Assembly: GCA_035510575.1 (NCBI GenBank)
Contig: DATKGV010000004.1
Location: forward strand, 88,419-152,418
From: Minisyncoccota bacterium
GTDB lineage: Bacteria > Patescibacteriota > Minisyncoccia > Phycocordibacterales > UBA9973
Direction: 5' to 3'
DNA: 64,000 nucleotides
The position numbers and the translations under genes are program-made. This document shows, one piece after another, positions 39,501 through 48,401 of this stretch. The notes under the pieces were generated by a model. It was not told the DNA's origin. It made no database searches and saw only the letters and a program-made list of their open reading frames with translations. Every line of letters starts with the position of its first letter. The first letter of the stretch is position 1.

Positions 39501-39568
39501 GCATCTACGGCTTCTTTCTGCGCTTTATTCAATTTTTTGTAGGCCTCGCCAAAAATAAGATTGCTCAT
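36530..39568 (-). CDS. UvrD/PcrA-type helicase fused to a C-terminal PD-(D/E)XK (RecB/Cas4-like) Fe-S nuclease
   Basis: Walker A AGPGTGKTQ and UvrD blocks. C-terminal nuclease motifs GVLDKVE and VVDYKTG plus a Cys cluster C...C-x4-C-x2-C. Confidence 0.8.
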   Translation of the reverse strand: MSNLIFGEAYKKLNKAQKEAVDAIEGPVMVVAGPGTGKTQILTLRIGNILKKTDASPENILALTFTDAGVQAMRKRLSELIGSRAYQVSIATFHSFCQNIISENPEHFPRIIGSKPSTEVDQIALIEKLIDEHMANSSLSLLSPFGDRYFYVRDILSSINELKREGVDENSFIDLVNREQAAFEILPDKFHVKGPYSGKMKGDYQKIEKKIKKNRELSILYKSYQDKLSNNKIYDYSDMIMEVLKALKSDESLLLILQERYQYFLVDEHQDTNNAQNKILELLAKYHAPNPNLFIVGDDKQAIFRFQGASLENFYYFRALYPDAKLITLTDNYRSTQNILDASGGLINSGGAKLFSVSDKNKDSSLVHLYPFQTAFAETYFVIKNIKERIDNGVKPSEIAILYRNNKDAFLFASLAEKFGVPYVIESDLDLFSDPDVKKLLLILRSLREHERGAALAYVLHLNIFKLPPLDVYRVIRKADNMHAHGSDKRIGLWEIISDKKLLNDAGVKSVKQFLNFCELFSNLVSKSHNMELLAFIPEVLRDTGMLEDILSSSGREDRLDAINSIIDEIKLLIESNPKAELEDFFSYLDTIAKHNLFIKKNRSRIPSGRIRLMTIHKSKGLEFEYVYVVNCYSGHLGGRRDIDRLPMLERVYDLGSGLPDAAGSSEDDDRRLLYVAITRAKKWVGISYAKESDDGREQLPSPFILEIDNNLVAEIDTAPYESEALLKKEILFMPEMHEAHNLKDKDFVRDLFLKNGLSVSALNNYLSCPWKYFYRNLIRIPTAPEKYLSYGTAIHAALQEFFSMWKEEDIGKEFLIKNFIMALGRQPIAETEYKELLEKGSHSLSGWYDAYNGLWERNTESEFRINGVILSPEIRLTGVLDKVEFIGGNAVNVVDYKTGKPKTRNELLGKTKNANGDYHRQLVFYRLLLNNYGDGKYDMKSGTIDFIEPGDNGKYHKEVFEINDKDVEELKLVIYRVADEILSLSFWDKRCDDKECEFCHLRDMIAELILY

Positions 39569-39621
39569 AAATTCATTATACCGCCAGTGGCCAATAAAAA
39601 GAAAATTCCTGATAATATAAG

Positions 39622-40398
39622 CTATAGATCCACTTTTTTCGCAAGAATTTCATTTCCAAACCATCTTCGAACAAATTCTTTAAACGTCTCAGTTTCTTTA
39701 GTTACTAGTATAGATAAGCTACCATTATGTGAAAAGAATTTTTCTCTTTCGGGAAATTCTTTAAAATAATCTTCCAGATATTTGGGAATTAAATCTTCCT
39801 GATAAATCCACTCTTTAATAGAAGGAAAAGCTTTTTTGAAATCATTGCGCACAATTCCATAATGAGTGCAAAGCAATGCTCCTCTTGTGATATCATTTGG
39901 CACTTTATCTTTAAAAGAAGAAATATATGAATATGTATCTCCCCCATTTTCTATAAGATAGGCAAGTTCGGGCATTGGAATTTTTATATAATTTTTAATA
40001 TGCGAATTTAAGAACTTCTCATATACTTCCGATTCGCATGTGCGAGGCGTGGCAAAAATCACAACAGTATTGTCGTTACCTAAAGATTCCACTGTCGGGC
40101 GAACTATGCCGAAAAGAATTTTTCCAGGATATTTAATGTCTTTCCAATCTTTCAATCTGTCATAAATAGTAGAGCTGATAGTATTGCAAGCAAGCACAAT
40201 TCCAGAGCAATTCTTCTTTCCATATAGAAAATCGAGCGCTTTAGTAGCAAGCAGAAAGAGTTCGTCTGGAGTTTTATTACCATAAGATACATTTAACTGA
40301 TCACCCAGAAATATATAATCATATTCCGGCAGAGCTTCCTTTAAATGCTTCAATATCCATAATCCGCCAAGTCCTGAATCAAAAACGCCTATATTCAT
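39622..40398 (-). CDS. murI: Glutamate racemase
   Basis: IGVFDSGLGGL and VLACNTIS motifs. Confidence 0.8.
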   Translation of the reverse strand: MNIGVFDSGLGGLWILKHLKEALPEYDYIFLGDQLNVSYGNKTPDELFLLATKALDFLYGKKNCSGIVLACNTISSTIYDRLKDWKDIKYPGKILFGIVRPTVESLGNDNTVVIFATPRTCESEVYEKFLNSHIKNYIKIPMPELAYLIENGGDTYSYISSFKDKVPNDITRGALLCTHYGIVRNDFKKAFPSIKEWIYQEDLIPKYLEDYFKEFPEREKFFSHNGSLSILVTKETETFKEFVRRWFGNEILAKKVDL

Positions 40399-40423
40399 GA
40401 AGCTATTCTAACATATTTTTTAA

Positions 40424-41803
40424 TCAATCCGACTTTAATATAGTTACCAGCTTTGAAGCAAGGCCGGTATATGACAAAGGCGTCAATTTTTTAAGTTCTG
40501 ATTTTAATTGCGGAGAAACTTTCAAACTGTCTATGAATTTCGCAAAATCATTCATAGATACTTTCTTGCCGCGAGTAAGTTCTTTGAGGGCCTCATAAGG
40601 TATCGGATAACCTTCTCGCCGCAAGATCGTCTGGATCGCTTCGGCTATGATTTCCGGATGCGATAGCAAATCATCTTTAATCTTCTCTTCATTGGCGCTG
40701 ATTTTGCTTAAACCCTTTTCAAGTGCAAGATAAGCCACATGCGAGTGCCCGAATGCCGTACCAAATGTTCGCTTAACAGTTGAATCAGACAAGTCGCGCT
40801 GAAGCCGGGAAATCGGCAATTTCTGCGAGAAAAATGAAAACAGCGCGTTTGCTATGCCAAGGTTGCCTTCGCTGTTTTCAAAATCAATTGGATTGATTTT
40901 ATGCGGCATAGTCGATGATCCTACTTCGCCTGCTTTCGGCTTTTGAATTATGTATCCGTCGCTGATATATCGCCAGATATCTTGATTAAAATCCAAAAGA
41001 ATAGCATTGGCGCGCCTGATAATATCGAAAAGTTCCGCGTACGTGTCATGAGGTTCGATCTGGGTCGTAATTAAATTGGCTTCAAAAGAAACATGCGCTA
41101 TTTTGCCGATGTGATCTGCAAAATCTTTGGAAAATTTTATCCAATTTGCCTTTGGATAGGCGGAGACGAAAGCATTATAGTTGCCAGTCGCGCCGTTTAA
41201 TTTTATTAAAATTTTATTGGAAGAAAGCTGATCAATCTGGCGATTCAATCTGGCGATATACACCGCGAATTCTTTGCCAAGAGTCGTTGGGCTGGCTGGC
41301 TGGCCGTGAGTGCGGGCAAGCATGGGCAAAGATTTGTATAATTTTGAAAATGATTGCAGTTTGTTTTTTATATCAATAAGCTCTGGAATAATGGCATCTT
41401 TGCAAGCGAGTGAAAGTATTAATCCATAAGCGCAATTATCCGTATCTTCAGATGTCAGCCCGAAATGCACCCATTCAATAATATCTTTCAAGCTGGTGCT
41501 CTGTAAATTTTCCTTTATGAAATATTCAACCGCTTTGACATCATGATTTATCGCCGCTTCAAAATCCTTGATTTTTTTATACGATTTATCGTCAAACTTT
41601 TCATACAGCAAGCGCAATATTTTTATTTCATTAGAAGTAAATTTCCTGAGCCCTGTTATATTCGCGCTAGATAAGCGAATTAAAAATTCGCATTCCACCA
41701 TAACGCGATATTTCATTAATGCCTGCTCGGAAAAATACGGCGAAAGCGACCTGGTTTTCTCGTAATATCTGCCGTCCAAAGATGATATATTTTCGCCTTT
41801 CAT
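40424..41803 (-). CDS. purB: Adenylosuccinate lyase
   Basis: Fumarate-lyase signature GSSTMPHKINP. TSEDTDN block. Confidence 0.9.
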   Translation of the reverse strand: MKGENISSLDGRYYEKTRSLSPYFSEQALMKYRVMVECEFLIRLSSANITGLRKFTSNEIKILRLLYEKFDDKSYKKIKDFEAAINHDVKAVEYFIKENLQSTSLKDIIEWVHFGLTSEDTDNCAYGLILSLACKDAIIPELIDIKNKLQSFSKLYKSLPMLARTHGQPASPTTLGKEFAVYIARLNRQIDQLSSNKILIKLNGATGNYNAFVSAYPKANWIKFSKDFADHIGKIAHVSFEANLITTQIEPHDTYAELFDIIRRANAILLDFNQDIWRYISDGYIIQKPKAGEVGSSTMPHKINPIDFENSEGNLGIANALFSFFSQKLPISRLQRDLSDSTVKRTFGTAFGHSHVAYLALEKGLSKISANEEKIKDDLLSHPEIIAEAIQTILRREGYPIPYEALKELTRGKKVSMNDFAKFIDSLKVSPQLKSELKKLTPLSYTGLASKLVTILKSD

Positions 41804-41812
41804 AAAATATGT

Positions 41813-42775
41813 TTACTTTATTTTGCTTAAATTGTTTTTAATGCGCTCCATTATCGGCCGTGAAAAATCATGCAGAAACGGCTTGCCTGTAATCGTTTCG
41901 TATATCTCAATATAACGCCTGGAAAGCTCGGCGACAAGTTCAATCGGTGCTTCAGGCAGCACTTTGTCATTATACGGATCGCAGTGTTCTTTAAACCATA
42001 AGCGTAGAAATTCTTTGTCAAAATATTCAGGTTCAAGCCCCGCATTGAAGCGTTCATTATAGCTGTTGGCCTTCCAATAACGCGATGAATCAGGCGTATG
42101 TATTTCATCAATCAGAGTCAACTTGCCGTCTTCATCAATGCCGAATTCATATTTAGTATCGACAAGAATCAACCCGCGAGACAATGCTATTTCTTGTCCT
42201 CGGATAAATAATTCTTTGGCTATGCGTTCAACTTCGTCGGCCATTTCTTTAGCAAGCAATCCTTCGGAAACAATTTCGGCAGGAGTAATCGGGCGATCAT
42301 GCTCGTCTGATTTTGTCGTCGGAGTAAAAAGCGGTTCTGGAAGCTTTTGATTTTTCTTCAGTCCTTCAGGCAATATAAAGTTACCGAAATCGCGCTTGCC
42401 GTCCTTGTAATGAGTCCAAAGCGACGTGCCAGTTACTCCGGTAATATATCCGCGGACAACAGCTTCAATAGGAAGCGGCTTGCATTTCTTGGCTACAAGC
42501 ACATTCGGGTCAGGCACGCTTAAAACATGATTCTGTATGATATCTTTGGTATTTTCAAACCAAAAAGCGCTGATCTGATTCAGAACTTCCCCTTTGAAAG
42601 GTACATGTGCAATAATTCTATCGAATGAAGAATGGCGGTCGGTTGAAATAAGTATTATTTTATCCGGATTAATATACACATCACGCACTTTGCCGACTTT
42701 TTTTTGTCCAATACCAGCAAAATTCGTTTCTGTTATGACATCGCCTATATGCTGTTTTATTTTTTCTATATCCAT
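41813..42775 (-). CDS. purC: SAICAR synthetase
   Basis: GKVRDVY and LISTDRHSSFDRI blocks. Confidence 0.9.
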   Translation of the reverse strand: MDIEKIKQHIGDVITETNFAGIGQKKVGKVRDVYINPDKIILISTDRHSSFDRIIAHVPFKGEVLNQISAFWFENTKDIIQNHVLSVPDPNVLVAKKCKPLPIEAVVRGYITGVTGTSLWTHYKDGKRDFGNFILPEGLKKNQKLPEPLFTPTTKSDEHDRPITPAEIVSEGLLAKEMADEVERIAKELFIRGQEIALSRGLILVDTKYEFGIDEDGKLTLIDEIHTPDSSRYWKANSYNERFNAGLEPEYFDKEFLRLWFKEHCDPYNDKVLPEAPIELVAELSRRYIEIYETITGKPFLHDFSRPIMERIKNNLSKIK

Positions 42776-42780
42776 ATATA

Positions 42781-43935
42781 TTAATAAATAATTTTTTTAT
42801 TGGCAGTTAATTTTGAAATTATGGAAACCTGAGGTTTATTTTCTTTGGTTATTCTTCCGGCAACTTTGGCTTGTATATTAAACTCTTGAGCTCTTTTTAT
42901 GCAGTAATCGGCATCTTTCTCGTCTATGACAAGCAGCATTCCTTGCCCGCCATGCCATACTTCATAAAATTCTTCATCAGTCAATTTGCGCCATTCCGCG
43001 CAATCTCTCATAATCTGCGGAGGATCCCATAAATCGGTAAGCAGGGCGGAAAGCCCTCGCTGGAAAAGAATATCTTTGGCAAACTTTTCTTTTAAAGCTC
43101 CGCCAGAAAGATGAACAATTAAGTGGATTTTAATTTCCGGCTTGAAATCCTCAGCAAACCATCCGTGCAGAGTATTGATAAACATATCATAAAGAACAGA
43201 AGGAGTTGCCGCCAGTTTTATGCTTTCTTTCGCATCTTTATTTGCCCACCATTTTTCGCCGAATTTTTCTTTCAGAGCTTTTCTCAATGAACTTATTCCA
43301 TTACAGCGAAAACCGTTTTCTTTTAAGGCGATAATCGTCTGCCCCGGCGCCAAAGTATCGCCTGTAATCATTTTGTCTTTATGGTAGGCGCCGATCATCG
43401 TGCCGGACCAATTCAATTTGGTTTTGGAGTCGGATATTTCAGAGCCGATAGCATCTCCCATTTGGGCGGTTTCGCCTTTCAAGACCACGATTTTGCTTTG
43501 TTTTGCCACTTCGCCTAATCCCAAAATGGCGCTTTTGTATGTCTCACTCACTTCATCCCCTTCATTTCCGATAGAACTTGTATCAAAAACATTTATAAAA
43601 ACAAGCGGGATTCCGCCGAAACGGGTAATGTCGCTTGAAGTCATCGCGATAATGTCGTATGCCGCCAGATGATGAGTTTTGGCTGCATCAATAATGATGC
43701 CTTTCGTGCCAATGCCATCGGTAGACGCTTCAATGGAAAATCCAGCTGGCAGGTTTTTAAAATTAAAAGGCCGAGGTCCGCGGAAGTTACCGCCAGAGAG
43801 ATCATGCACTTCTATATATGGAGAATTATTATAACTTGCTTTACAAATTGATCCGGCGAAACTGCTAAAAGAAGATTCTTCTTCAACATCAACTCCGTCT
43901 TGCGAATAGATTTTCTTCTTTGTTAGTTCGCTCAT
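42781..43935 (-). CDS. purM: AIR synthetase (phosphoribosylformylglycinamidine cyclo-ligase)
   Basis: YSQDGVDVE, ASTDGIGTK and HLSGGAL blocks. Confidence 0.9.
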   Translation of the reverse strand: MSELTKKKIYSQDGVDVEEESSFSSFAGSICKASYNNSPYIEVHDLSGGNFRGPRPFNFKNLPAGFSIEASTDGIGTKGIIIDAAKTHHLAAYDIIAMTSSDITRFGGIPLVFINVFDTSSIGNEGDEVSETYKSAILGLGEVAKQSKIVVLKGETAQMGDAIGSEISDSKTKLNWSGTMIGAYHKDKMITGDTLAPGQTIIALKENGFRCNGISSLRKALKEKFGEKWWANKDAKESIKLAATPSVLYDMFINTLHGWFAEDFKPEIKIHLIVHLSGGALKEKFAKDILFQRGLSALLTDLWDPPQIMRDCAEWRKLTDEEFYEVWHGGQGMLLVIDEKDADYCIKRAQEFNIQAKVAGRITKENKPQVSIISKLTANKKIIY

Positions 43936-44459
43936 TTTTTATTTTCTTCCAGATAATTTTTAACTCCAATTTCAGAAAGTTTATCACCTTTAGTTTTAAC
44001 TTCATCATTCATCTTTTTCTTGTAGTTTATCATTTTATCTAAAAGATCCTTATCAGAAAGCGCCAATATTTGAATAGCAAGCAGAGCGGCGTTCTTAGCG
44101 CTATCGATGCCTACTGTCGCCACAGGCACGCCGGGTGGCATCTGGACAGTTGATAGAAGCGAATCAAAGCCATCTAAGGTTTTCGCTTTAACAGGAAGAC
44201 CGATAACTGGAAGCGGTGTCAATGATGCAATTACGCCTGCCAAATGAGCTGCTCCGCCTGCACAGGCAATAATAACTTTTAATCCATTAGACAATGCAGA
44301 AGTCGCATAGGCATGAACTAATTCAGGGGCTCTGTGAGCTGATGCAACTGTTATATCGTATGACACTCCAAATTCTTCTAATAAAATTGAAGCCCCAGAA
44401 GCAACTGAAAGGTCAGAATCTGACCCCATAACTATTCCCACTTTTGCATCTTTTTTCAT
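43932..44459 (-). CDS. purE: N5-CAIR mutase
   Basis: VGIVMGSDSDL, SAHRAP and ACAGGAAHLAGV blocks. Confidence 0.9.
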   Translation of the reverse strand: MKKDAKVGIVMGSDSDLSVASGASILLEEFGVSYDITVASAHRAPELVHAYATSALSNGLKVIIACAGGAAHLAGVIASLTPLPVIGLPVKAKTLDGFDSLLSTVQMPPGVPVATVGIDSAKNAALLAIQILALSDKDLLDKMINYKKKMNDEVKTKGDKLSEIGVKNYLEENKK

Positions 44460-44723
44460 AATGTGATTTTATCATTTCAAGAGAAATGTAACAAGCGCAA
44501 AAAAAAGACCTTTTTAAGAAGATCTTTTTTTATTTTTGACTATGTTCATAAGTGCTGTCATAATCATTGCCATTATCAATCTTCTCAGGATTATGATCAG
44601 AAGATTTTAATATTTTTGCACTTTCACTTCCTTGAAGATCAAATACTTGATTCTCTACATGCATACAATTATGAATTTAATTTATTTTCCTGAATCATAA
44701 CAAATGTCCGCCTTGGTGTCAAA

Positions 44724-46016
44724 TTATTTCTTCAAATATTTTAGCGCTTTTTGCCCTATATCGCGCCGGTATTGCATGCCATCAAATGAAATTTTTGATA
44801 CGGCTTCATAGGCACTTTTGAGCGCTTCTTTTAAAGTATTACCTATTGCGCTTACTCCAAACACACGTCCGCCATTTGTCACAAAATTTCCATTTTCATC
44901 AAGCTTCGTTCCAGCATGAAAAACAAAAATATTTGAATTATTTTCTGCTTCTTTTATTCCAGAAATAATTTTGCCTTTTTCATAATTCCCCGGATATCCG
45001 CCTGAAGCAAGCACTATTGTGCAAGCAAAAAGCGGTTTCCATTTTATATTAATAGTGGAAAGTGTGCCATTTATGCAAGCTTCAAATATATCCAGAATAT
45101 CGGTTTCCAAAAGCCGCATGTAACTTTGCGTTTCGGGGTCGCCGAAGCGGGCATTGTATTCAAGTATTTTGGGACCATCTTTTGTAAGCATCAATCCCGG
45201 ATAAAGTACGCCGACAAACGGCATTCTTTGCGCATTCATGGAAGATAATGTCAGTTTGATAATACTGCTTTCTACATCCGCCATAATATCATCCGTTACA
45301 AACGGCAACGGCGCAATCGTTCCCATACCGCCGGTGTTTAATCCCATATCTCCTTCGCCGATTCTTTTATGATCTTGCGATGGCGGGAAAATTGAATATG
45401 ATTTGCCGTCAGAAAACGCATGCGTTGATATTTCAATGCCTTCCAAAAATTCTTCAATCACGACTTCATTGCCTGATTCGCCGAATATTTTTTTTACCAA
45501 AATATCAGAAAGGGCCTCTTTGGCTTCTTCGTAATTGGCGCAAATAAATACTCCTTTGCCTAGAGCCAGTCCGCTTGCTTTAATTACAATAGGCAATTTT
45601 TGATTATCTAAATATTTAATGGCCTCATCAAAATCAGTAAAAGTTTTAAAGCTGGCAGTTGGTAAGTTATAGGTCTCCATAAAATGCTTGGCAAATGCTT
45701 TTGATGATTCAAGTTGAGCCGCTGCTTTGGTAGGTCCGAAAATTTTCAAGCCATTTGCCGTAAATATATCAACTATTCCAAGGGCAAGCGGGTCATCCGG
45801 AAGCGCCAATGTCATATCTATATTTTCTTTTTTGGCAAAATCAAGCAACGCATTAATATCAGTCGCTTTTATATCCACATTCTTTCCCAAACTAGCTGTA
45901 CCTCCATTCCCCGGCGCAAAAAATAACTCTTCTGCGCGCGGCGACTGCGCAACTTTCCATCCTATCGCATGCTCCCGTCCCCCGCTTCCAATGATTAAAA
46001 TTTTTAGTTTGTTCAT
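44724..46016 (-). CDS. purD: Phosphoribosylamine--glycine ligase
   Basis: KILIIGSGGREHAIGWK plus an ATP-grasp body. Confidence 0.9.
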   Translation of the reverse strand: MNKLKILIIGSGGREHAIGWKVAQSPRAEELFFAPGNGGTASLGKNVDIKATDINALLDFAKKENIDMTLALPDDPLALGIVDIFTANGLKIFGPTKAAAQLESSKAFAKHFMETYNLPTASFKTFTDFDEAIKYLDNQKLPIVIKASGLALGKGVFICANYEEAKEALSDILVKKIFGESGNEVVIEEFLEGIEISTHAFSDGKSYSIFPPSQDHKRIGEGDMGLNTGGMGTIAPLPFVTDDIMADVESSIIKLTLSSMNAQRMPFVGVLYPGLMLTKDGPKILEYNARFGDPETQSYMRLLETDILDIFEACINGTLSTINIKWKPLFACTIVLASGGYPGNYEKGKIISGIKEAENNSNIFVFHAGTKLDENGNFVTNGGRVFGVSAIGNTLKEALKSAYEAVSKISFDGMQYRRDIGQKALKYLKK

Positions 46017-46037
46017 AAATAATTTAATTTCTCTTAG

Positions 46038-46071
46038 TGCTACAAACTCTGCACGTGCAGAGTTTGTAGCA
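46038..46071. repeat. 34-nt perfect palindrome TGCTACAAACTCTGCACGTGCAGAGTTTGTAGCA (copy 1)
   Basis: The reverse complement, computed by hand, equals the sequence. Lies between the purD start and the stop of the Cys-rich gene. Confidence 0.9.
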
Positions 46072-46081
46072 TTTTGTTATT

Positions 46082-47821
46082 TTAATACACCTCTTGTTGA
46101 TAACACTTTTCACAATAAATAATTTCTGGCCTCTCAGGTGCATAACTTGTCTCAAATTCCACTTGGCATTTTCCTTGATGAATATGAGTGGTTTTATCGC
46201 ACATGCATGATCTATGCCAGAGTTTCATGGGGTTTCTTTGAGCTAGTCGCTCATAGTGCCGACAGTTAGGACAGAGATGAGGTAATGGCAAGTTCATTCT
46301 CTTGTAGAATTGAAGCTCTTCAGGGATGATCTTGAAGGCCTCGGTGCATTGTTGGTTACAGGTTCCTTTATGATTACATTCTATGACTTTACCTATGATG
46401 TCGTCTGTTATGTCTTTTATGTTATCGGGAATGTCTTTATTGTATATATCTATCTCATAGTTTCTTTCTTCTTTGTCTTTCCATTTGTAACCTTGATTTA
46501 AAGCTTGTTCTTTAGTTAATGGGAAGTACTCTTGAGCTATTGTTTCGTTGTAGCAGAATGGTGATAGTTCGCTTGGGAAGAATTCTCCATATTTATATAT
46601 TCTACCTTTACTATCTATGTAGGGCATATCGTTCATGTGCTTGATGATTTTGGGGACTAATTCTTCATATTCTTCTTTGGTGTATTGACGGTTTAGGATG
46701 CAGAATTGATTACTCTTTAAACTAGTACACCCAAACAAATCAGAAGAAGACGCACAAAAATCTGAATAAAAAACATTTCTTAGATTTTTTAATCCATTAT
46801 TTGCAAATAATAAATTATAGCTATTATTTGCTCCCCCTCCGGAAAATTCATAAATTAATTCGCAATCCGCTATATTATTACCTTCATAACAATCTTTGGA
46901 TCCATAACACCTAAATATATTTTTTGTATTTTCGATATTATATGCATCAAAAGACATTTTTGCATTTTTTGCATTAGATAATTCATCGCCTGTACTACTT
47001 GTAGATTTTATTATTTGAGCGTATTTACGAGGAAATTTTTTCATAATATTTTCAAATTCTTCTTTTGTTTTTTGGATATTTCTAAAACTACCAAAATCAA
47101 AAGTTTTAATTTTCTCTTTATACTCTTTCTCATTAAGTTGTATGTTGTTAAAAACATATTTTTTATTTCTTAACCCTACTGAACAAAAACAATTCTGACA
47201 ATCAATACAATCAAAAAGAAAAGATGAATCAATGCAATTTCGGCAAAGTATCAAAAAAGACGAATTATAGTTATTTTCTCCTCGAATATTTTCATAGCAT
47301 AAATTAGAGTTAATAAGACTCAAGCTATCAAAAACATCTTTGGATCTATCAATGCTTTTGCAAAAAAATATATTTTCCGAATTATTTACCGAAAATGATA
47401 AGTAAAGATTTTTACTTTCGCCAATTATATTGGAATATTCGCTATTTAAACAATTTCTGTTGAATAAGTTAGGTCTTGGAACTTTTTGATTTAATTCTTT
47501 CAATTGTTCAAAGAATGATTTAGAAAAATCATATTTTAAACCAAACGACAAAGGGTCCCAATTGTCGGAATACCAACAATTTATGCAATATATGGGAAAA
47601 GAAGAATTCTGATGGTACATAGTTATGCCTTTTTTACCACAAATACCGCAAGTAAAATGATAAAGTGATCTTTCGTTACGAAATTGAATACGGCGCATTG
47701 TTCTACATTCAAAACAAAAAGTCGGCAGAGGAACTTTTATTTTTTCATAAAAAGAAAAGTCGTCTAGCTCAATAATAAAGTTGTTTTTGCAATTTTGGCA
47801 GATTTTAGTTTCTGAATTCAT
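46082..47821 (-). CDS. Cys-rich multi-zinc-ribbon protein (579 aa) with N/S-rich low-complexity centre; unknown function
   Basis: N-terminal CQNC...CFEC and C-x2-C...C-x2-C pairs. The C-terminal ribbon repeats the N-terminal motif (FY.K...PLP..C..CR...R...RN occurs at both ends). More than 40 Cys in total. No RuvC, HNH or radical-SAM motif was recognised. AT3-biased codons. A paralog lies at 1..249. Confidence 0.7.
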   Translation of the reverse strand: MNSETKICQNCKNNFIIELDDFSFYEKIKVPLPTFCFECRTMRRIQFRNERSLYHFTCGICGKKGITMYHQNSSFPIYCINCWYSDNWDPLSFGLKYDFSKSFFEQLKELNQKVPRPNLFNRNCLNSEYSNIIGESKNLYLSFSVNNSENIFFCKSIDRSKDVFDSLSLINSNLCYENIRGENNYNSSFLILCRNCIDSSFLFDCIDCQNCFCSVGLRNKKYVFNNIQLNEKEYKEKIKTFDFGSFRNIQKTKEEFENIMKKFPRKYAQIIKSTSSTGDELSNAKNAKMSFDAYNIENTKNIFRCYGSKDCYEGNNIADCELIYEFSGGGANNSYNLLFANNGLKNLRNVFYSDFCASSSDLFGCTSLKSNQFCILNRQYTKEEYEELVPKIIKHMNDMPYIDSKGRIYKYGEFFPSELSPFCYNETIAQEYFPLTKEQALNQGYKWKDKEERNYEIDIYNKDIPDNIKDITDDIIGKVIECNHKGTCNQQCTEAFKIIPEELQFYKRMNLPLPHLCPNCRHYERLAQRNPMKLWHRSCMCDKTTHIHQGKCQVEFETSYAPERPEIIYCEKCYQQEVY

Positions 47822-47857
47822 GCGTAAATTATAACCCCAAAAACCCTCTTCTACAAG

Positions 47858-47891
47858 TGCTACAAACTCTGCACGTGCAGAATTTGTAGCA
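47858..47891. repeat. 34-nt palindrome copy 2 (1 mismatch) centred in the divergent promoter region; candidate operator
   Basis: TGCTACAAACTCTGCACGTGCAGAATTTGTAGCA. Each arm contains a TTGTAG hexamer roughly 16-17 nt upstream of a TATAAT-like element, one for each divergent gene. Confidence 0.85.
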
Positions 47892-47915
47892 TATTATTTT
47901 TGATTAATATATAAT

Positions 47916-48398
47916 ATGAACATGTCTATTGTTATGGAAATTTTAGAAGAACTTTGGAACACTGAGCTTAATTATAAAGGAATTAAAGTAAATATTTTTG
48001 GTATTCCTCGTTTTAAACAATATTCATCTAAAAGCGTTAGGGCAACTATTGATCGCCTAAAAAGAAAGGGCGTCATAGAAAAAGAATTAACTGGAATAGT
48101 ACTCTCAAAATATGGCAAAGAATATGTCAGAAGAAAAATTGATTCATTAAAACAATTTGATAGACCAGAAAATATATCTAAAGATAAAAATCTTCTAGTA
48201 ATGTTTGATATACCTGTTGAGAAAAAAGGGGAACGCGAATGGTTCCGATGGCATCTCAAAAAATTTGGTTATATTATGATTCAACATAGTGTATGGGTTG
48301 GACCATCTCCCCTACCCAAAGAATTTCTTGATTATGTTAAAAGTATAAAACTTGATAAATGTATTAAAACTTTTAAACTTGAAAAACCTTATAAATAA
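47916..48398 (+). CDS. Minimal PaaX-like regulator: winged-HTH plus Cas2-like domain
   Basis: The N-terminal wHTH (VRATIDRLKRKGVIEKE...LSKYGKEYVRRK) parallels PaaX (VRTALFRLNKEGWL...LSDKGLRLTRR). The block LLVMFDIPVEKKGEREWFRWHLKKFGYIMIQHSVWV fits the Cas2 / PaaX-central-domain pattern (beta-strand with Asp, basic helix, G...Q.SVF/W). Confidence 0.65.
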   Translation: MNMSIVMEILEELWNTELNYKGIKVNIFGIPRFKQYSSKSVRATIDRLKRKGVIEKELTGIVLSKYGKEYVRRKIDSLKQFDRPENISKDKNLLVMFDIPVEKKGEREWFRWHLKKFGYIMIQHSVWVGPSPLPKEFLDYVKSIKLDKCIKTFKLEKPYK

Positions 48399-48401
48399 GA
48401 A

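Noticed and set aside
44463-44693. 76-aa plus-strand ORF in the purE-purD gap
   Set aside because: Cys/His/Phe-rich nonsense-like translation. It has no RBS context and is antisense to the operon direction.
46082-47821. Cys-rich protein as TnpB/IscB/Cas12-like RNA-guided nuclease
   Set aside because: No RuvC-I/II/III (GIDxG ... E ... DxNAAxNI) and no HNH motif could be found by eye, and the zinc ribbons are not in the TnpB arrangement. This is not excluded for a highly divergent case without profile searches.
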